Under the pieces are notes generated by a model. That model worked only from the letters and a program-made list of their open reading frames with translations, was not told the origin of the DNA and did no database searches. A stretch of DNA of 64,000 nucleotides, taken from contig CAVQJC010000001.1 in assembly GCA_963712745.1 (NCBI GenBank), forward strand, positions 32,001 through 96,000, given 5' to 3'. Position 1 is the stretch's first letter, and the number at the start of each line of letters is the position of its first letter. Position numbers and translations under genes: made by a program. Positions 41,906 to 55,954 of this stretch are shown in pieces. Source of the DNA: an uncultured Chloroflexia bacterium (lineage in GTDB: Bacteria; Chloroflexota; Limnocylindria; Limnocylindrales; CSP1-4).

Positions 41906-42745
41906 CTAGAGGAAGCCCCCGATGATGGGCGTGGACGTGTTGATGATGTCGAGCGCGAGCGCCCGCACGTAGAGGTCGACCACGACGATGCTGAAAAGGC
42001 TCGCCCAGGCCCATACGCCGTGGTACTGGTTCCAGGCGCTCACGCGCTGCCAGATGCCGTGGCGTCGCCTGGTGTTGGCCGTGCAGCTGAAGCAGTCCAC
42101 GCTGCCCCCGACGAGGTGGCGGAAGGAGTGGCAGCTGAAGACATAGAGGCTCACCAGGATGGCGTCGGCGGCGATGAGGAAGACGCCGATGCCCAGTCGG
42201 ACCCCACCGTCGTGGAGCATGGACACGACCAGGTCCCACCACAGCACCGCCAGCGGGATGAACGCGAGGTAGAGCGTGAAGCGGTGCGCGTTCATGAGGA
42301 TGAAGGGGAACTTGTTCTCCATCGCGAAGCGGCGGTGGATAGAGGGCTCGCCCACCGCGCAGGCCGGCGGGTCGAGGAAGAACGCCTTGTAGTAGGCGCC
42401 GCGGAAGTAGTAGCAGGTACCGCGGAAGAGCACCTGGATCCAGAGCACCAGGATGGCCGGGCTGAACCAGCCGGGCAGCACACCCTCACCAAGCGCGATG
42501 CCGAAGAAGGGCGAGTGATAGCCCTCCGCCACATAGTCGACGCCGAAGTACGGGATGCCGAAGACGGCGGAGGCGGTGGCGTAGACGATAAATAGGGCCA
42601 GGCCGACGGCGATGAGCCCCGGCTTGATGATCCAGCGATCGACCCGCAGCGTCGAGCCGAAGCCGCGCCGGGCGGACCCCGTCGGCTTGGTCGCGGGCGT
42701 CGGCTCGACGCGACGGCCCTGCTCGACGCCTTCAGAGACGGTCAC
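41906..42745 (-). CDS. Succinate dehydrogenase membrane anchor (mycobacterial Rv0249c-like)
   Basis: Multiple TM segments; FRGTCYYFRGAYY, PPACAV and SCHSFRHLVGG..DCFSC; first gene of the sdh operon. Confidence 0.85.
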   Translation of the reverse strand: MTVSEGVEQGRRVEPTPATKPTGSARRGFGSTLRVDRWIIKPGLIAVGLALFIVYATASAVFGIPYFGVDYVAEGYHSPFFGIALGEGVLPGWFSPAILVLWIQVLFRGTCYYFRGAYYKAFFLDPPACAVGEPSIHRRFAMENKFPFILMNAHRFTLYLAFIPLAVLWWDLVVSMLHDGGVRLGIGVFLIAADAILVSLYVFSCHSFRHLVGGSVDCFSCTANTRRRHGIWQRVSAWNQYHGVWAWASLFSIVVVDLYVRALALDIINTSTPIIGGFL

Positions 42746-42937
42746 GGGCGGCGGCCGAGCTGCGGTGTGGGCGCGGGCATCATCACGAGTCCTGCGTGGT
42801 CCCCCTGCGGTGGCGGTCGAACGGTCGGCGGGTCGTGCCGGTCAATGTACCGCATCGTTGGTGACCGATTTGCAGCACCTGCGCCACCACAGCGCCCACG
42901 CGGGGGTCCGGGCGGCGCGCTATGCTGAATCGCGACC

Positions 42938-44109
<1,172 letters not shown>

Positions 44110-44113
<4 letters not shown>

Positions 44114-44997
44114 GCATCCTCGTTGGCGCGGACACGCGCCTCATCGTCCAGGGCATCACCGGTCGCGAAGGCGGCTTCCATGCCGGACAGATGCTGTCCT
44201 ACGGCACCAACATCGTGGCCGGCGTGACACCAGGGAAGGGCGGCCAGACTGCGCTGGACGAGGCCGTGCCGGTGTACGACACCTGCGCCCAGGCGGTCGA
44301 GCAGACCGGCGCCAACACCAGCGTCATCTTCGTACCGGCCTTCGCCGCACCGGACGCCATCATGGAGGCGGTCGGTGCCGGTATCGAGACCATCTTCGCC
44401 ATCACCGAGCACATCCCGGCGCTGGACATGATCCCGGTCGTGGCCGAGGTCGAGGCACACGGCGCGCGCCTGGTCGGCCCCAACTGCCCCGGCGCGACCA
44501 CGCCCGGCCAGGCCAAGGTCGGCATCATCCCCGGGTCCATCCATCGTCCCGGACGGGTCGGGCTGGTGAGCCGCTCGGGCACCCTCACCTACGAGGTCGT
44601 ACAGGCCATGACCGACGCCCGCATCGGCCAGTCCACCTGCGTCGGCATCGGCGGCGATCCGGTCAACGGCAGCGACTTCATCGACATGCTCGAGCTGTTC
44701 GCTGCCGACTCCGACACCGACGGGGTCGTGCTCATCGGCGAGATCGGCGGTGGCGCCGAGGAGGCCGCTGCGGCGTGGAAGGCGGAGCACATGCCAGACA
44801 CGCCGATGGTCGCCTTCATCGCCGGCCGCACCGCGCCGCCCGGGCGCCGTATGGGCCACGCCGGCGCCATCATCAGCGGCAGTGGCGGGACGGCGGAGGC
44901 CAAGATCGGTGCGCTCGAGGCCGCTGGCATCCGCGTGGCCGAATCACCGACCCAGATCCCGCGGATGCTCATCGAGGCCGGCATCTCTCCCGACTGA
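44110..44997 (+). CDS. sucD: Succinyl-CoA synthetase alpha subunit
   Basis: Motifs [20 protein letters not shown] and RMGHAGA. Confidence 0.97.
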
Positions 44998-45287
44998 GGA
45001 GGTGGTTCCTCGCTGCTGTGTTTGGCAGCGACCCAACCCAGGTCACGACCGAGTGATGGTCGATGCGGTCCTCGCTGCTGCCCCGGGCTCCCGGACCGGG
45101 CGCTGGCTGGGGCCGCCCGGCCCGGCTGACCCTGGCGGCGATGACCACACTCCGTGCGCCTGGCATCGGTCGCATCAGGAGGGATACGGACCCGCCCAGG
45201 CGTCGATGGGTCAGGCGGGCACCCGAAGGCCGTGTGGGGCATGACGCGGAGCCGGACCGTCCCGCGGGACGTCCGCCGCGGGCCGAG

Positions 45288-45324
45288 AGGACGCGACCCC
45301 GACGCGTGGCCGGGGTCGCGTCCT
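45288..45324. terminator. 14-bp perfect hairpin between convergent genes
   Basis: AGGACGCGACCCCG-N9-CGGGGTCGCGTCCT. Confidence 0.6.
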
Positions 45325-45344
45325 GAGCGTGCGCTGGTCGGGCG

Positions 45345-45839
45345 CTAGGTCCTGACCGTGACCTTCTCGCAGCCGGTGACGAGGTCGCTGGGGTCGACGA
45401 AGGCACGATCGCGGTCGCCATCGCCGCAGTCGACGAAGTCGGCCCCGCCACCCGCGGCCCGGATGACGTCGTCGGCATCCCCGCCGAAGAGGCGGTCCCG
45501 GCCGGCCCCGCCGGTCAGCACGTCGCGACCGTCGCCACCGCGGAGGACATCGTTGCCCAGGCCGCCGTAGAGCTCGTCGCCCCGCCCGCCGCCGCGGACC
45601 ACGTCGTTGCCGGGACCGCCGAGGATGAGGTCGCGGCCATCCTTGCCGTAGAGGGTGTCGTTGCCGCCCCGACCGCCGATGCGATCGTGGCCCGGGCCAC
45701 CCTCGAGCTGGTTGGCCTTGTCGTCGCCCTTCAGCACCTCGTCCCAGGGAGGACCGAGCCCGGCGCCGCTCACGCCCGAGCCGACCAGCATGAGCGCGAG
45801 CAGCGCCACGCCCAGCGCCTTGAGGATCATCGGTCTCAT
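45345..45839 (-). CDS. Small secreted Ca-binding protein with RTX-type GGxGxD nonapeptide repeats
   Basis: GAGGAGG RBS, signal peptide, repeats such as GGPGHD, GRGGND and GGLGND, and C-terminal DCGDGDRD...CE. Confidence 0.85.
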   Translation of the reverse strand: MRPMILKALGVALLALMLVGSGVSGAGLGPPWDEVLKGDDKANQLEGGPGHDRIGGRGGNDTLYGKDGRDLILGGPGNDVVRGGGRGDELYGGLGNDVLRGGDGRDVLTGGAGRDRLFGGDADDVIRAAGGGADFVDCGDGDRDRAFVDPSDLVTGCEKVTVRT

Positions 45840-46031
45840 CACGTACCTCCTCGTACCCTGGGATGCCTGCTGCGCGACAGCCGTGCGGCTCTCATCCCAA
45901 GCGTTAGATCGCAGCATCGGGCTAAGGAACGCGCGGGTCATCGGGACTTGGCTCAGCCCTCGCCTTATTCGCACGCACGTGGCGGTCGATCGGCCGGCAC
46001 AGCTTGATGCGTGAGCTGGGCCTGGTCCGAG

Positions 46032-46391
46032 CTAGGCGCCGGACTTGAGCTCACGGAGGCGTGCGTCGCTGATGCCCAGGTGGTGGGCGACCTCGTGGTC
46101 GAACGTCTCTTCCACGCCGCGTCGGAGCGCGGCGGGGTCCCGGTAGGTGCGCATCAGTGGACCGCGGAAGAGCGTGATCTTGCTGGCCACAGTGGCGTGG
46201 TCAGCACCGTAGACGGTACGCGGCACGCCCTGGTAGAGCCCCAAGAGGCCACGAGCGCCGACGCTCTGCAGCTGCGCCTCGTCGGGTTCGTCCTGCACCA
46301 CGATGGCCACGCTCGCCAGTTCGCCGCGATACGGCTCGGGCAAGGCAGCGACCGCCGCGTCCAGGGCCTCCGCGAAGGGGTCTCGTTCCAT
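46032..46391 (-). CDS. Minimal zincin metallopeptidase family protein
   Basis: Motifs LLGLYQGVP, ITLFRGP and HEVAHHLGISD. Confidence 0.88.
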   Translation of the reverse strand: MERDPFAEALDAAVAALPEPYRGELASVAIVVQDEPDEAQLQSVGARGLLGLYQGVPRTVYGADHATVASKITLFRGPLMRTYRDPAALRRGVEETFDHEVAHHLGISDARLRELKSGA

Positions 46392-46913
46392 GCTCTGAGC
46401 GTACACAAGTGCCCCCGACCCGACCGCACGCGGCGGCATCTGCGGGCTGAGGTCGGACGCTCTGGGATCGCTTCGGGTTCGACCCGCGTTGCGTTCGTGA
46501 TCGCCGCTGAGCCGTCCCGCAGGAACTCGGCCCGGCGGTCGCTCGTAGACTCATCGTGGATGGGCCGAGTGAGGCACTCCTCGACGAAGGTCACGATGGC
46601 CCCGACGGTCTGGAGGGTCTCCCCGGTCATAGCTCGTCACCTCTCGGCGGTCATGCCGCGCCCATCGAGGTGTACTACTCCGGGGCCCCTTGGCACTCGC
46701 AAGCGCGGAGGCCGGGACCCCTTGCGGAGGGCCGGCGCGGAACGACATGCAGGCTCGTGCGGCCGGCATCATGGGCTCCGCCGGGTGGCAGATGTCCATG
46801 ACGGATCCCGAATCGAGACCGAGCGCCGCCCGGAGCACGAGCGCGCTCAGCAACACCTGGACCAGGGCGACGATGGAGCTGCCATGGGACCTCGGGACAG
46901 GGCGGGCTCCGGG

Positions 46914-48485
46914 CTACTCCCGTTCCACCGTTCCGTGGGCCATCGGCTCCGTCTCATCCCTGCGCACGACCTTCGGAGCCAGGAAGGCCACGCCGATCGC
47001 GGCCGCGATGAGCAGGACGGACGCCACCAGGACCGCGTCCCCGACACCGCCCACGAAGGCCGACTTGGCCTGCTCCACGAGCCGCTCGCCTTCGGCGCCC
47101 ATCATGGCCACGATCGGCGACGCGGTGAAGGCGATGGAGCCGAGCACGCGCTCTGCGACCTGGGGCGGCAGCTCGGCCACCGCCTGGGCCATGCCGTCGC
47201 GGTAGCCCTGATTGAGGAGGCTGCCGAGGATGGCGATGCCGAAGGCACTACCGAGCTCGCGGGCCGTGTCGTTCCAGGCCGAGGCCACGCCCTGCTTCTC
47301 CATCGGCAGCGAGGAGGTGATGGCGGTGGTGGCCGGCGTGCCGGCCAGGCCCATGCCGAAGCCGAAGAAGAGCAGGCCGGCCAGGAAGTGCAGATACGAC
47401 GATTCCACCTGCAGCTGACTGAGGATGAGGAAGCCGATAGCCATCGAGATGAGCCCGACCGGCCCGGTGCGCCGGAAGCCGATCCGCTGCGCGACCACGG
47501 GGGCTGTGCGCGCGGTCGGGATGAGCACGAACGGCAGCGGCAGGAGTGCCAGTGCCGCTTCCAGCGGCGAGCGGCCGGTCACGAACTGCAGGTACTGCAG
47601 GACCACGAAGAAGAAGCCGAACGCGGCCATGAACTGGACGGTCAGCGTCAGGCTACCGGCGCTGAAGCCCCGGAACCGGAACAGGCGTGGGTCCAGCAGC
47701 GGCTGCTTCATGCGCAGCTCCCAGAGCACGAAGGCGATGCCCGCGAGGATGCCGAGGCCGATGGCTCCCAGCGTGAGCGGCTCGGTCCAGCCCTCCTCGG
47801 GGCCCTCGATGATGCCGAACACGAAGGCCGTGACCGCCACCAGCGAGAGCAGGGCACCCACGATGTCGAGCGCGGGCGGATGCTCGTCCACCGACTTGGG
47901 CACGACCGCGAGCGTGCCGATGAAGCCGAGCGTGGCGAAGAGGACGTTGAGGCCGAAGAACGAGGTCCACGGGAACCACTCCAGCAGCAGCGCGGTGACG
48001 AACAAGCCCAGCACGGCTCCGCCGCCGGCGATGCCGACCCACACGCCGATGGCGCGACCCCGCTCCTCCTCGGGGAAGGAGGTGGTGATGATCGACAGGG
48101 TGGTGGGCATGACCGCGGCCGCGCCCACACCCATGATCATGCGCACTGCGATGAGTCCATCGGGGTCGGTCACGAACAGGCCCAGGGCCGCCGCCCCGCC
48201 GAAGATGAGGAGGCCGACCGCCAGCAGGAGCTTGCGCCCGTAGCGGTCGCCGAGGGCACCGGCGAAGAGCAGCAGGCCGGCGAAGATGACCGTGTACGAG
48301 TCGACGATCCAGGTCAGCTGTGTCTGGGTCGCGCCGGTATCCCGGGCCATGCTGGGCAAGGCCACGTTGAGGCCGCTCACCGCCGAGATGACGGCCATCA
48401 GCGACAGGGCCACCACCCCGAGCAAGACACGCCGCTGCCTGGGCGTGAGTTCGACCTGTCCCCCGGCTGGACCGGTTGCTGCCAT
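46914..48485 (-). CDS. DHA2-type MFS efflux transporter
   Basis: Motifs LNVALP, WIVDSY, GALGDRYGRK and PLLDPRLF; many TM segments. Confidence 0.9.
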   Translation of the reverse strand: MAATGPAGGQVELTPRQRRVLLGVVALSLMAVISAVSGLNVALPSMARDTGATQTQLTWIVDSYTVIFAGLLLFAGALGDRYGRKLLLAVGLLIFGGAAALGLFVTDPDGLIAVRMIMGVGAAAVMPTTLSIITTSFPEEERGRAIGVWVGIAGGGAVLGLFVTALLLEWFPWTSFFGLNVLFATLGFIGTLAVVPKSVDEHPPALDIVGALLSLVAVTAFVFGIIEGPEEGWTEPLTLGAIGLGILAGIAFVLWELRMKQPLLDPRLFRFRGFSAGSLTLTVQFMAAFGFFFVVLQYLQFVTGRSPLEAALALLPLPFVLIPTARTAPVVAQRIGFRRTGPVGLISMAIGFLILSQLQVESSYLHFLAGLLFFGFGMGLAGTPATTAITSSLPMEKQGVASAWNDTARELGSAFGIAILGSLLNQGYRDGMAQAVAELPPQVAERVLGSIAFTASPIVAMMGAEGERLVEQAKSAFVGGVGDAVLVASVLLIAAAIGVAFLAPKVVRRDETEPMAHGTVERE

Positions 48486-48506
48486 GGTTACGCTCCGTGC
48501 TTGACT

Positions 48507-48546
48507 ATTCCCCAACTGGTGAAATGATATTCTCCAGGTGGTGAAT
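48507..48546. promoter_or_regulatory. Two tandem imperfect palindromes, probable TetR operators
   Basis: ATTCCCCAACTGGTGAAA and ATTCTCCAGGTGGTGAAT, 22 bp apart, between the divergent MFS and TetR genes and next to TTGACT. Confidence 0.7.
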
Positions 48547-48561
48547 ACGCAAGAGGTCCAC

Positions 48562-49200
48562 ATGACCAAGCCGACGCGCGGGCGCAGGCCCGCTGGAGCA
48601 CAGACGCGCGAAGCCATCGCCGACGCTGCCCGGAGGCAGTTCAGCGAGCACGGCTACCGCGACACGACGCTGCGAAGCGTGGCCGCCGAGGCGGGCGTCG
48701 ACCATCGGCTGGTGCTCCACTACTTCGGCTCGAAGCGTCGTCTATTCATCGAGTCGGTGCGGCTGCCGGTCGATCCGGAGGCGCTGCTGGCACGGGTCTT
48801 CTCGGGTGGTGGCAACGACGTCTCAGGTCAGGTAGCCGAAGCCCTTGTCGCCGCGCTGGAGGACCCCGACACGAGGCAGGCCGCCGTGGCCCTGATGCGA
48901 GCAGCCGCCTCTGAGCCGGAGGCGGCCCAGATCATCCGCGAGATCCTCACCGACCGGGTGCTCATCCCGCTGACCCAGCGCATCGGCGGCGACCGCCCGC
49001 AGCTGCGGGCCAGCCTCGTGGCCTCGCAGTTCGTGGGTCTGGCCATGGCCCGCTACGTGGTCATGATCGAACCGCTGGCCTCGGCCCCGCCCGAGCAGAT
49101 CGTGCAGGCCCTCACTCCCGTGTTCGAGCACTACCTCTTCGGCGATTGGGCCGACGATGGCCCCGGCGAGCATCAGCCCGCGAGCGGGTCGCCCTCGTAG
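48562..49200 (+). CDS. TetR family regulator
   Basis: HTH TTLRSVAAEAGVDHRLVLHYFGSK. Confidence 0.92.
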   Translation: MTKPTRGRRPAGAQTREAIADAARRQFSEHGYRDTTLRSVAAEAGVDHRLVLHYFGSKRRLFIESVRLPVDPEALLARVFSGGGNDVSGQVAEALVAALEDPDTRQAAVALMRAAASEPEAAQIIREILTDRVLIPLTQRIGGDRPQLRASLVASQFVGLAMARYVVMIEPLASAPPEQIVQALTPVFEHYLFGDWADDGPGEHQPASGSPS

Positions 49201-49643
49201 CCGAGCCGGTCCCAGGCGGGACCGCCCGGTGCCTCGATGAGCTCGGTCAGGACGCCGTTGCAGGAGCGCGGATGGATGAAGGCCACCGGGCCCTCGGCGC
49301 CCTTGCGCGCCTGCTCGTCGATGATCTCGATACCCCTGGCCTTGAGATCGGCCAGGGTCTCGTCGACGTCGGGAGTCTCGAAACAGACGTGATGGAAGCC
49401 CTCCCCCTTCTTCTCGAGGAATCGGGCTACGCCGGTCGTGGCCGAAGTCGGCTGAACCAGCTCGATCTTGGTCTCGCCCACCTCGAGGAAGGCCACGATG
49501 ACCTCGTCCGACTCGATGGGCAGCACGAGTCCGACCGCCAGGCCCAGCGTGTCGCGGTAGAAGGCGAGCGAGGCCTCGATGTCGCGCACGATATAGGCGA
49601 CGTGATGGACGCGGCTGAACGTGCGACCAGCGACCCCGGCCAT
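49173..49643 (-). CDS. mce: Methylmalonyl-CoA epimerase
   Basis: Motifs HHVAYIV, KIELVQP, KGEGFHHVCF, FIHP and GVLTEL; adjacent to the mutase. Confidence 0.9.
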   Translation of the reverse strand: MAGVAGRTFSRVHHVAYIVRDIEASLAFYRDTLGLAVGLVLPIESDEVIVAFLEVGETKIELVQPTSATTGVARFLEKKGEGFHHVCFETPDVDETLADLKARGIEIIDEQARKGAEGPVAFIHPRSCNGVLTELIEAPGGPAWDRLGYEGDPLAG

Positions 49644-49680
49644 GCTTCCTCCTGATGCTGCGGCCGAGCCGCGTGGCTGC

Positions 49681-51339
<1,659 letters not shown>

Positions 51340-51341
51340 CC

Positions 51342-51836
51342 CTACCTCACTGTCAGGAGCTCGTCACCGAGCTCGACGCTGCCGTCCGGTGCGACACGGA
51401 TCGATCCCACCGTGCCCGCGCGTGGGGCGCGTACCTCGTTCTCCATCTTCATGGCCTCGATGGCGAGCAGGCGCTGCCCGGCCTCGACGGTATCACCCTC
51501 GGCGACCCACAGCCGCACCACGCGCCCGGGTATCTGGGCCCTGACCACGGCGCTGCCGTGGTGGCCGCTTGCCACCGCCGCCTGCCCGGCTTGCTCTCGC
51601 AGCAGGGCTCGGGGCTCGTCCTCGACGGCCACCACGAAGACCCAGCCATCCACCGTGGTCTCGTAGCGGTGGACGCCGGCAGCCCGGTCGTCGGCGGACT
51701 GGGCCAGCGCTCGAACCTCCGACATGCGGCCGGTCGCGTGGGACAGGTCGGCGGGATCGCGATGGAGGTGCTCCTGGCCCAGGCCTTCGACGGTCAGGCG
51801 GTAGTGGCCCCGGTGTCCGGCTCGCATGTCGGTCAT
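51342..51836 (-). CDS. Biotin carboxyl carrier protein
   Basis: Biotinylation motif EAMKMENE. Confidence 0.9.
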   Translation of the reverse strand: MTDMRAGHRGHYRLTVEGLGQEHLHRDPADLSHATGRMSEVRALAQSADDRAAGVHRYETTVDGWVFVVAVEDEPRALLREQAGQAAVASGHHGSAVVRAQIPGRVVRLWVAEGDTVEAGQRLLAIEAMKMENEVRAPRAGTVGSIRVAPDGSVELGDELLTVR

Positions 51837-53368
51837 GACCAGGGCTCCTCGCCCCATCCCCTGGCCTGCTCGCCACAGTCCACCGTCGACCTGGGCTCCA
51901 GGGCGGGTGCGGAAGGCGCGACCGCGAGCGAGACGTGGCGGACGACGGCATCGGCGGCGCGCTCGGCGGCCGCGGCGCGGATCGGCGCAGGATCCCAGTC
52001 CCGCGCCACCATGTCCGTCCGCAGCCGTCCCTCCGTGAACTCGGGATGTGCCAGCAGCCAGGCGTGGAACGGAAGCGTCGTCTGCACACCGCCGGTCTCG
52101 AACTCGTCGACGGCACGACGGGCACGCGCGAGGGCGAGATCGCGGTCCGGTGCCACGGCCAGCACCTTGGCCAGCATGGGGTCGTACTCGGCGGGCACCA
52201 GCCAGCCCTGCTCGAGCCCGGAGTCCATGCGCACGCCCGGACCTCCCGGCTCCCGCCAGCGGGTGATGCGACCAGGCACAGGCGCGAAGTCGCGCGCGGG
52301 GTCCTCGGCACTGATGCGCAGCTCGATGGCGTGGCGGTCCGGGCTGGTCGCGCGCTGCGCGGCCGCCAGGACCGCGGCCGAGAGCGGCCGGCCGGCGGCG
52401 ATGAACAGCTGCTCACGCACGAGGTCGAGCCCGGTCACCAGCTCGGTGACTCCGTGCTCCACCTGCAGTCTGGCGTTGACCTCGAGGAAGTAGAAGGCGC
52501 CGTCGGGGGCGTGGAGGAACTCGGCCGTGGCGGCATTGCGCAGACCGACGGTGCGCGCCACTCTCACCGCCAGTTCGTGCAGCTCCCCGCGCTGGCTCGG
52601 TGTCAGCCCGGGTGCCGGTGCCTCCTCGACCAGCTTCTGGTGGCGTCGCTGGGTGGAGCAGTCCCGCTCGCCCAACGCCACGACCGCCCCGGCGCTGTCG
52701 CCCAGCAGTTGCACCTCGATGTGGCGGCCACCCTCGACGAGCCGCTCAAGGTAGACCGAGCCGTCCCCGAAGGCTTGCTCGGACTCGCGCGCGGCGGCGG
52801 TCACCGAGGATGCCAGGTCGGCCGGGTCGTCGACGCGGCGCATGCCACGACCGCCGCCCCCGGCGGCGGCCTTGATGAGCAAGGGGAAGCCGATCTCCGC
52901 AGCCGCCGCCTCGATGCGCTCGACCGCCGTTTCGTCGCCCATCGGGAGTGACTCGAACATGCCGGGCACGATGGGCACCCCGGCCATGGTGGCCGAGGCG
53001 CGTGCCTCGAGCTTGTCCCCCAGCGATGCCAGGGTCGCGGGCGCCGGGCCCACGAAGACCAGCCCGGCTGCCTCCACCGCGGTCCCGAACGCGGCCTGCT
53101 CCGAGAGGAAGCCGTAGCCCGGGTGGATGGCCTCTGCGCCGCTCGCCAGGGCGGCCTCGACGATGACGTCCGCCCGCAGGTAGGACTCGGGCGCCGGAGC
53201 CGGCCCCACGCGCACGGCCTGGTCGGCCAGGCGGACATGGAGCGCCTCGGCGTCGGCATCGGAATAGACCGCCACCGTCTCGATGCCCAGCTCGCGACAG
53301 GTGCGGAAGATGCGCACCGCGATCTCGCCGCGATTGGCCACCAGCAGGCGCCGGAACGGCGGCCTCAC
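51833..53368 (-). CDS. Biotin carboxylase subunit of an acyl-CoA carboxylase
   Basis: Motifs [30 protein letters not shown] and [10 protein letters not shown]. Confidence 0.93.
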   Translation of the reverse strand: MRPPFRRLLVANRGEIAVRIFRTCRELGIETVAVYSDADAEALHVRLADQAVRVGPAPAPESYLRADVIVEAALASGAEAIHPGYGFLSEQAAFGTAVEAAGLVFVGPAPATLASLGDKLEARASATMAGVPIVPGMFESLPMGDETAVERIEAAAAEIGFPLLIKAAAGGGGRGMRRVDDPADLASSVTAAARESEQAFGDGSVYLERLVEGGRHIEVQLLGDSAGAVVALGERDCSTQRRHQKLVEEAPAPGLTPSQRGELHELAVRVARTVGLRNAATAEFLHAPDGAFYFLEVNARLQVEHGVTELVTGLDLVREQLFIAAGRPLSAAVLAAAQRATSPDRHAIELRISAEDPARDFAPVPGRITRWREPGGPGVRMDSGLEQGWLVPAEYDPMLAKVLAVAPDRDLALARARRAVDEFETGGVQTTLPFHAWLLAHPEFTEGRLRTDMVARDWDPAPIRAAAAERAADAVVRHVSLAVAPSAPALEPRSTVDCGEQARGWGEEPWS

Positions 53369-53402
53369 GAAGCGGAGCCTCCGTCTTTGCGCAAAGACAC
53401 GA

Positions 53403-54957
<1,555 letters not shown>

Positions 54958-55068
54958 CCTGCGTCTCCCTCCGCTGGTCCGGCTCCCCGCCGTGTGGCTG
55001 CAGCATGGTACTGCCGGGGGCTGCGGTCGGTTCGGCCGGGCCGTGTCTCCACGCGCACAGACGGGCGG

Positions 55069-55116
55069 TGGTGCGTTGACGCACCACCCGAAAACCGATG
55101 GTGCACGGACGCACCA
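55069..55116. promoter_or_regulatory. Two 18-bp palindromic boxes upstream of parA
   Basis: TGGTGCGTTGACGCACCA (55069) and TGGTGCACGGACGCACCA (55099), just before TAGACT at 55122. Confidence 0.7.
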
Positions 55117-55183
55117 ACCGCTAGACTCCGGGCCGGAGGCTGCGCAGTCGTCACGCGGGCCCCTTGCACACCGGGAGGGTGTC

Positions 55184-55954
55184 TTGGCACGGATCATCGC
55201 GATCGCGAACCAGAAGGGTGGCGTGGGCAAGACGACCACGTCGATCAACCTGGCCGGGGCACTCGCGGAGCTCGGACTGCACGTCCTCTGCGTGGACATG
55301 GACCCGCAGGCCAACCTCACGGTCGGGCTCGGTCTCAACGCCCGCGACATCGAGGTCTCGATCGCCAACGTGCTTCTCGATCCTTCGCTCTCGCTGGAGG
55401 ACATCGTCGAGACGACCGAGACCGAGAACGTCGACGTGGCGCCCTCGGACATCGACCTCTCGGCCACCGAGAACCAGCTCTTCAGCAGCATCGGCCGCGA
55501 ACACGCCCTGCGGGAGGTGCTCCACGGCTGGGCAGAGAAGCAGTTCGACTACGTCATCATCGACTGCCCGCCGACGCTGGGCCTGCTGACCATCAACTCG
55601 CTCGTGGCGGCTGACGGCGTGATCATCCCGGTGCAGACGCAGTACTACTCGCTGAAAGGCTTCCGTGCGCTGGCCAATCTGGTGACCCAGATCCAGGGCA
55701 AGGGCCTCAACTCCAGGCTGCGCATCATGGGCATCTTGGCCACCTTCTACGACGGCCGGACCAACCTGGCCAAGGACATGCTCGCGGAGCTGTCGGAACT
55801 GGGCGACTACCACGTCTTCGGATCCATCGTGAAGCAGACGGTCCGCCTGGGCGAGGCGCCACTGGCCGGCAAGCCCGTGACGTCATACGCCAGCCGCTCG
55901 GCCGCTGCGGAGATCTACCGCAACCTGGCGCAGGAGGTGATCGAACTTGGCTAG
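55184..55954 (+). CDS. parA: ParA/Soj family ATPase
   Basis: Motifs [26 protein letters not shown] and EAP; TTG start after GGAGG. Confidence 0.92.
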   Translation: MARIIAIANQKGGVGKTTTSINLAGALAELGLHVLCVDMDPQANLTVGLGLNARDIEVSIANVLLDPSLSLEDIVETTETENVDVAPSDIDLSATENQLFSSIGREHALREVLHGWAEKQFDYVIIDCPPTLGLLTINSLVAADGVIIPVQTQYYSLKGFRALANLVTQIQGKGLNSRLRIMGILATFYDGRTNLAKDMLAELSELGDYHVFGSIVKQTVRLGEAPLAGKPVTSYASRSAAAEIYRNLAQEVIELG

